IMG/VR virus record: IMGVR_UViG_3300037067_010746
Origin: an uncultured virus (IMG/VR IMGVR_UViG_3300037067_010746)
Taxonomy: Duplodnaviria; Heunggongvirae; Uroviricota; Caudoviricetes
Strand: one strand, 5' to 3'
Length of the DNA: 64,000 bases
Part shown: piece by piece, positions 33,801-42,800 of the stretch
How positions within the stretch are numbered: the first letter of the stretch is position 1
Layout: each line of letters begins with the position of its first letter
Made by a program: the position numbers and the translations under genes
The notes under the pieces: generated by a model
Told to the model about the DNA's origin: nothing
Seen by the model: the letters and a program-made list of their open reading frames with translations, nothing else
Databases searched by the model: none

Positions 33801-36800
33801 GTCATTATATATGAAGAATGTTAGTTTTGTTGAATATAAACGAGGAGTAAATAAATATATATCTTCTGATAATGCTTCTTATGCTCGGGTAAAAGGAGAA
33901 ATAGTTGCTGGAATGAAATCTAATATGTTTAGAGAATCATTAATAAAAGAGTCGAAATTAAAACAAATTGATCCAAATAATAAGAATAATTTATTTACAA
34001 TAGAAAAAGATGGTTTGTATTGGAGTAAAAATGGTCAAAGATCCCAAATTATTTCTGTAGGTAAAAATGGAGTTGCATTAACAGATAAATTTGACTTAGA
34101 ACATATGTCAAGTATTAAATCATTCTTCGGATTAAAAAATATTAAGGATAGAGTATTTGTTGCTCTTATGGATAATTATGATGGTGTTAATCAAATGCTT
34201 GAAGATACAACACGAAATGATATGAAATTCCAAACTGATAATAAAGGTTCGGAATTCTTAGCAAGAGGATTAATGGCAATGTTTTATTCGACACAAGTAA
34301 ATAGCGATATGACCGATGCTATTACGGAACTTAATAAAATGTATCTTCCTGATGACGATAGATTAAAAATTGCAGAAGGAGAAGTAATTTCTGGTACTCG
34401 TTCTAAAAGTCCATCTCATGAATTAATGTTAAGTTTATATCGTGGTCTTGGTGTAGATGTAAATAATCTCGATGATTTATTTGAATCATTTGCAGATGAA
34501 AACGAAGAAACCTCAGAAGGATACGCAATGCCAAAACCTTTTGATGTATATCCTTTCTTAAATGCATTAGCCGAAGTAGAAATCTATTATCGTGGTTCAG
34601 AAGAAATAAATTTCTTTTTCCGTCCTGATGGGAAGAAGGAATATCTTCATCAATTACATAGTCATCTAACAAGAACATTACATTACGGTAGTCAAAATTT
34701 AGTTATTGAATTCAATAAGCAATTTGCTATGGATCCAAATGCAATGATAAATAGTCCATTTCTTGATGAAAATTCGAAGTCTCTTTATAAAATTATTGAT
34801 GAGAATAATCCAATGGTGATTAAAACTGTTAGAGATTTTTCAGGCATAAAAGCGATGAGAGGAACGACTAATCCAAATATGACTGATGTTACCACGATGA
34901 TAATGACTTCATTTCTTGATAGTGTAATAAAAACCTCTAAAAGTGATAAAACTGTTCAACGATTAAATATGTCTTTAAATAATATTTCAGATAAAGAGAA
35001 GTTATTTAATGCTGAAGTTGAATTTAATAGTACTGGAGAAAAATTATTCACAGTAGATGTTGATAATAATGGAAAGATAAAGTCTGTTAATATTAATTAT
35101 AAAAATATATATGGTGATATTAGAAGAAAGTTTCAACAATTACAAAGAATTCAACAAGTTTCAAGAAATAATTGGGCAGAGTTTATTCAAACTACATTAG
35201 CTAATTCCGAATTAGGGAATAAGTCTTTCATTAAATTATTAGCTAAAAGTAATAAAGCAATGTGGGAATTAGGTTCATTAGAAGATATATCTAAATTGAA
35301 TCGAGTATTTGAATCATCATTTACATCATTATCAGAAGAAGATAAAGTAATGTTTGTTGAAGCATTAGAAAAATCTGATTTATTTGCAAATAGAGATTAC
35401 TATTTGAGTAAAGATAAAAAAGTAGTAAGATTTGGTAATGCTATAAATGTAAATTTCAATGATGAAAATGAAAGTGTTTATACTGCAACTAATATGTATG
35501 ATATCCTTAGTCAAAATCCAAATGCAATTGAACATGAAAAAGAGCTTGATAAGATATTTAATAATAACTTTAATACTAACGAATATCGTAAATACAGTAA
35601 GAAAATGTATGAATCACGATATCAAGTACCAGAAGATATTGCCGCATTACTTCCAGGAACATCTCCAGTATACGATATGTTTGAAAATAAGTTTAATCCA
35701 TTCTTTAAAGCACACTTTTTTGCAAATGAAATATTCCAAAATGAATTAACTCCATTTCTTAATGGACTCGATGGTGATTATATTAATGCTACTGAACGTT
35801 CTAAACGTACTGCTCCACTTGTTACCGGAACAACGACAATGGCTACAAATGTAGCTTATGGGTTAGGAGCCAACTTAAAAATGATTTTAATTAATGATCA
35901 TTATGTTAAGTCAAGATTATTTGGTGGAAATATTGTTGCAGCTGATGGACAAATGATAGGAAATCCATTATTCTATTCTCATCAATTAGTTTCTATAGGT
36001 GGATTTGAAAATGCTACTATTGGTGAAGGTATGCAGAAAACTCTTTTAAATCAATTAGATTATAAAACAGGAAATCTTACTCAAATTAAACATGCAAACT
36101 TAATTGTTACAACAGAAATTTATAAAAATAATCCAATGCATCGAATGATGGTTGCAGATATGCTAAATGCAAATACCAGAGGAGCAAAAACTGATATTAC
36201 TAAAAATCGTGCTATTGAAAGATTGGATATTAATCAAGAACAATTATTGAATTTTGATATAGAAACAGAAATGTTACTTGATTTTAATTTAGAAGAAATG
36301 TTTAATACATATTATGCAGTAACTCGTAATGTTGAAGAAGCAAGTAATATGTTGCGAGATTGGATTGAAGAAGTTTCTGAAAGTACGAAAGAGATTAAAG
36401 ATAATATCGTATGGGGCATGCAGTACAAGTCAGGTTCTAAAGGTTCAAGTAATAGAATAAATAATTATGATCTTGATAATAGATTAACAACTGATGAAGA
36501 TTTTGCTTTAACCGATATTCAAACTAATAAAATTGGTCTTGTATTAAATCCAAATCAAGATATTGAAAAATATAAGAACGTTGCTCCTATGAACCAAATA
36601 TTATCATTCATAGGATATGGTTCTGATGAAAATGCACAACAAGCACATCGTACATATGATGCTTTTAGAAAAATTTATGATATTGAAAATGCTGCAGTGA
36701 AAACTGATATTGAAAAGGATTTTGATAAATTTATGAGAGATAAGGGATTGCTTTCTTTAAGACAATCTGGATTTGTTGGTTCTCTTGCAGAAGCATTAAA

Positions 36801-39800
36801 CGACCCTACAATATCTATTCAGATACCAGCATTTAGGACTAAACTTATTCAAGTATTCCGTAATTATCTTACTGATAGGATAATGCGACAAAAGATGTTT
36901 GGTATACGTGTAACGCAAGCTTCAGGACATGGGTTTTTAATGTTTGAACATAAAAGTGGTGGTATATATACTATGAGCCAAGTAGAAGAACGTGAGAATG
37001 TTGAATTTGATTCATTAGAAATGATGGCAGCAATTAATCAAGATACTCCATGGGGAGATTATTCTATCCGAGGATTAAAAGCGATGAGATTAGAAGATGG
37101 AGAAATGAAATCGGCAGAAGTCGGAGTTTCTTTTTCTCATTTTAAGAAATTTGGATTAACTGCTGGAGAACAAGTTTCAGATGTTTTAACAATAAAATTT
37201 TTAGACGAAAGAGAGTCGGTAGTTTTACCTTCAAATATTACTCATGAACAATTAGATATATTCCTTCAAGAAAACGGAGAGTTTATTGATGAAGAAAATA
37301 CTATTGCAGCAAGATTATATTTTAATAAAAACAATACGGCTGATCAGAATGGAGAGTTTCCCGCATTTAGTGTTTCTGAAATGGTAAATGAGATGGCTAT
37401 ATACTTAAAAGGATTTACAAAAATGCTTGAGATGTATACTACTCGTGTTCCCTCGTCTCGTTTAGGTTCTGGAGCATTGGTTACTCCTACATTCTTTATA
37501 CAAGATTCGGCGAATGTTATGTTTATACCTTTAGAGTTAACTGAATTAAATGATTCGGATTTTGATATTGATCAATTGGCATTATATCAATATTCGATAA
37601 ATGATAATTTAGATATAACGAATTCTAATATTAATAGTTCGTATAATGAAATGCAAAAGTATGAGGAATTGCATGATTTTATTTTAGATAATGTTCGTTC
37701 AATTTATACTAATCCGAATAATGCTCAAGATATTTTATTCCCTTCTAATATTGAAGAGTTAAGAAATGTAGCGACGGATTTGAGTAAAGTGAATAAAGAA
37801 GAAATTAATGCATTAACAAAACAAGAACAGTTTTGGTTAAATAAATCAGAAGGATATAAGTATAATCGTAAGAATTCATTTTCTACAATGATGGATGAAT
37901 ATGAAACAAATGCTTCTGGTAATGATGCTATTGGTATTCTTGCTCGTTCATTAAGTGCAGTTTCTTATTTAGGACAAGTAAGAGGTAACAATTTTGATAA
38001 AATTGCTCCTGGTTTTAAGAATATGAAAACATTATTGGATAATAGAGGTCTTGATTCTATAATTGTTCGTCTTGGAGATTACTTACAAGCAGCTTTGGAT
38101 AATGCAAAAGAATTAATTCTTGGGAATATGGGAATTACTACTTATGCTACTCCTCTTATTGCGCCTATGATTATGGATGAATGGAGTAATGTTAAAATAA
38201 AAGCATTCTTTTCTCATCCAATAGTAACAAAAGTTCTAAATACGGTAGCACAAGGAGATAGTGTTCAAAATAAGAAATCGGATTATCAATTGCATGATAT
38301 AATTGCTATTGAAAGAAAAGGGCTAACAAAGCTTTCTGACGATGTGAAATTAAAAGCAATAGAAAAACTCAAGGAATTACAAAAAACTGATCCTAATAGT
38401 TCAGAATATGCTGAAACGTATACTATGTTACATCGTTCTGAAAGTATGGAATATCTTGATAAACTTGAAGATTATGCAAATAAAGCAGCTGCATTACGTA
38501 GATTTGGTGATGTCGTATCAACAAGAAATGGATTAAAGGTAAATGATTTCGAGTTTGAAAAAGCTATAACATCATTTCAACAATCATTGGGAATGAATTT
38601 TCAAGATTTCTTTAGTAAAGACCGTGCTGTTAATCAATGGAGTATTGAAAAACATTTGAAATATTTTAGAGAAAATAATGATGAATATCGTGCTGCTGTT
38701 CAATCTGATAAATCAAAAGAATCCGGAGCTAATATTGTTGATGGAGTTCTTGAATATGGAGAAATGGCAACCAGAATTAAAAATGGTAAAGTAGCTTTTG
38801 CTAAGATATTAGAAAATCAAAAACATATATCTTTAGATAAAGAGAAAGGTAAATATATAGATAGTCGTGGTATGGAATATACTCGATTGAGTGATTGGTT
38901 AGGATTAAAACCAGAAGTTCCTACAGATTTAATGAAAACTGGTAGTAACATTGGTAATCATATGGATGTTGCAATGAGAGATTTCTTTAGATTTAGAGAA
39001 AAAGGTGATGTTAATTATGGTGAAACATTTAAAGCAAAATATAATAATTATGATGGATTTTCTGGTAAAGATGTTTATGATAAATATATAGATCAATTAC
39101 AGAAATTTGCTCAATGGCTTGATAGAAGAAATGAAACACCTTATGCTTCAACTCCTGATAGTGGAGATAATCCAAAAGGTATTATTTTACATTATCCTGA
39201 TTTAAAAGTTGCAGGAGAAGTCGATTTGATTACAATTAATGATGCTGGAGAATTAAGTATTTATGATTTGAAGTCTTTACGTAAAGGAGAGAAAGAAACA
39301 GCTGATGCTGATTATGAAACAGAATATCGCGGAGAACCTTCTCGTAAGACTAAACATCAAGCTCAACTTAATGGATATCGTGCATTAATGCTTTATAATT
39401 ATGGAATAGATGTAAAAAATCTTTGGGTTATGCCTGTCGAAGTTAATTACGAAATTGACGATACAAAAACTCCGATAGCAAATATACTTGAGTTTAAAAA
39501 AGTTGAAAAATTGTCTGAAGAAAAATTAGCTAAACTAATGAGGATTAAAGAAATTAAATTAATTAAGAAATCATTAGAAAAAGGTGACAAGCTGAAAGAT
39601 ATTCTTGAAGCAAGAGAGAAATCTATTGCAGAAAAGTTAAACATAAATGAGTTAGTAAAACAGTTCCCTCATTTTAAATCATATATTAATCTTTATCATG
39701 AAGAAAATGAAAGAACTCAAGAAAAATGGATTTATGATAATGTTAATCTTAAAAAAATAGGAGAGGAATATTTATTAAAAACATTAGGAAAAACATCTTG

Positions 39801-42800
39801 GGATTTTAAAAATCGTAGAACAACATTTTATAATTCCGTTTCAAAAGCACTTGTAGGATTTCACTTATCTACACATGAGAATTATTCAGGTAATATTTAT
39901 GATATTGATATTCCAATAGAATTAGCTGATGGTTCTTTTGCCAGAGCGGGGCGATCATTACAAACATTACAGTTAAATACAGCTAAAGGCCGAACATTAT
40001 TTAAAAAACAATTTCCGGCATATATTACTTTTATTAAAGATACTATTAATGAACATGGACCTAATGCTATTAATATTTTTAAACAAAATGGGATGGATGT
40101 TTTAACTGAAGATTTTGATAATATTATTGATAATGCATTTCTTGAAAGAATTCAAAGTTATCCTCGATACAATAGAGATACTTTAATCTTAAGAGAAAGT
40201 ATTAGTATTAATGAACATGAAATTCAACGATTAAAAAATTCATTTAGTCAATTGCCATCAAAATTGCAAGAGATGTTTGCAATCAATGATTTTATAAATT
40301 ACACTTTTCAATATCGAAATGGTACCATATCTGATATTATTGGATTGAAGTTTTATAGAGAATTATCTTCAACTATGAATAAGTTTAAAGGTGTTCTTGA
40401 AAATGGAGAGGGTATTGATTATTTGAGAGCATTAGGAAGTGGAATTATTTCGCATACTCAACACTCTAAAAATGGTACTCCTTTTTATAGTAAGAAAGTT
40501 CATAAGGCAAGAGGCGAAGTCCGTCCAGAATTAGTATTAAAAAGAGTAAAAATTAGAGAAGGATTGTATGCTTATAAACATATTAGATTTGAACCTATTG
40601 ATGATCAGTATTACGATGATAATGCAGAATATATAATTAGTGAAGAAATTGAAACAGATAAAAATACTATTACAAATTCTGATTTTCAATTTGTTACTAC
40701 TACTCCTACAATTAAAGTATTTACTTCGGCCGAATTAAGTGATTTAGCTAAAGATGAATTTGTAGATGTAACTTTTAGAAAAGGTCATAATTATAAGGAG
40801 AATGATATTTATATTAATGAATTAGGATTACAAGTAAGAGTTCATGATGTATCTTCTGATTTTACTACTGTAACATTTAAGGCTATAAATTCAAGTTCGT
40901 TTTTCGATAAAATTTCTGCAACTAAAACTAAAAAAGTTCAAAAGGCAAAACAAACCGATATTCATTTCTCATTAGATAATGTAAGTGAAATAGAAAAATA
41001 TGATGAAGGAAAGCATATTGAGAAAAGTAGTACTATTTCTGTGGCAACCCATTTAGAGCAAATATCAGGCATTCCTTTTATTGGAGAAACTAATGCCTCA
41101 ATAATCAAAAAATATGGCAAGGGAATTAACGCAAGAGGTTGGGTTGACCAATCAGGAGTTCACTACAATATTGATGCAATAAAAGATACTGATTTCATGC
41201 ATGAGCTTTCTCATATTTGGTATAAGGCTATACAAAAAAGAGATCCCGAATTATGGAACACTTTAGTTGATGAAGCTACTTCAATAATTGATAATAATCA
41301 TATTATACATCAAGCAGTTCAATCTAAACTTCGCAGTAATAATATGACATTAAGTAGAGCAGATTTGATTGAAGAGGTTATTGCGAATATTGCAGGTCTT
41401 TCAAGTAAAAATGCTGTTGATGCATTCCTATCTGGTAATGATATAACAAAAACAACAGAACCTGGCTTTGTAGAAAGAGTATGGAATGGCTTAAAATCAT
41501 TAGCTAATAAAATATCTCAGTTCTTTAAAAATCATATTATGCGTAATCCTAATCATTATTATGATGATAGTTTTCCAGAGCATGAGGTGCTTGCAAATAT
41601 TCGTATGGCTGATATGTTTAAGGATATGGCTCAATCTGTTTTAAATGGAAATATTACTCCAGAATTATCTCAATTACTTATAGATGGATATAAAGGATTT
41701 AATGATTTTAATATTGGAAATGAAGTATTAAAAGCAGAGAAAATTTTAATCGAAGCATTAGGCAAGGATTTTACTCATACGAATAAAGATATAGTAATAG
41801 AGAATGCTATGATTGCTCAATCTGCAACAAATGTGTCTATTGTAATTGAAAATGTATTTGATGATAAAGGAGAGATCGCATATAAAGCACGTATTATTCA
41901 AGATAATCTTAAATTTAGTGTTGGCATTGCTGGTATCGTAAATGATGATATATCTGAGATGATGCCTTTATTTAATAATAATAGTACTCCTCAAAAATCA
42001 TTATCGAAAGTTAGTAATGATAGATTAGCTACTGCAATTACAAATTCAATGATACAACGAGGTACACAAAGTAAAACTAAAAATCAAGCAGAATATAGAT
42101 ATAATCTTGGTGGTAAACCTTTCATTTATCCAAAAACATTTTCTTTTAGTAAATTAAAAGCAGCTGTAGAAATGGATATTATTCCACAATTTCACAAATT
42201 CGAAACTGAATTAAAACCAAACTTAAAAGCATTTGCTCAAGCAATTCTAAATAACGATGGTAAAAGTATTACAGAAATCGGTGCATCAATATTTGGTAAA
42301 AAGAAATTTTCTGATGCAACATTAAATCAAATAGCAAGTGTTATTGGATTAGATGAAGGATTTGAAGAAATTTATAATTATTCGGAATTAGCTGATCAAT
42401 TAAATGATCCTTCATTAAAAGCATTATATTCTAAATCATTTGTTGGATTTGATCCAATAGTTGTTGTTCATAGTAGAGATGTTAATGGAGTATTTGATAT
42501 TTCTATTTTGGATATTACATCAAAACCTTTAGAACGTAATAGTAAAGATTTATCTCAACGTGGATTGCAATCGACAAAAGAATATTCATTTGATTATTAC
42601 TTTAAAGGTGGTAGATTCGACAATCATGATAGAGACATACGAAAATTTCTTCTAGGATTAACGGCTCTTAGTATGGCTAAAAATAGTAGAAAAGGAGATT
42701 CTAAAAAATCTAATGTTAAGATTAGAAATATTGGTGTAGTTCAATTAATGGGAAACAATGTTAGAAAACACATGATATCCAATATTGCTGATGTTGTAAA

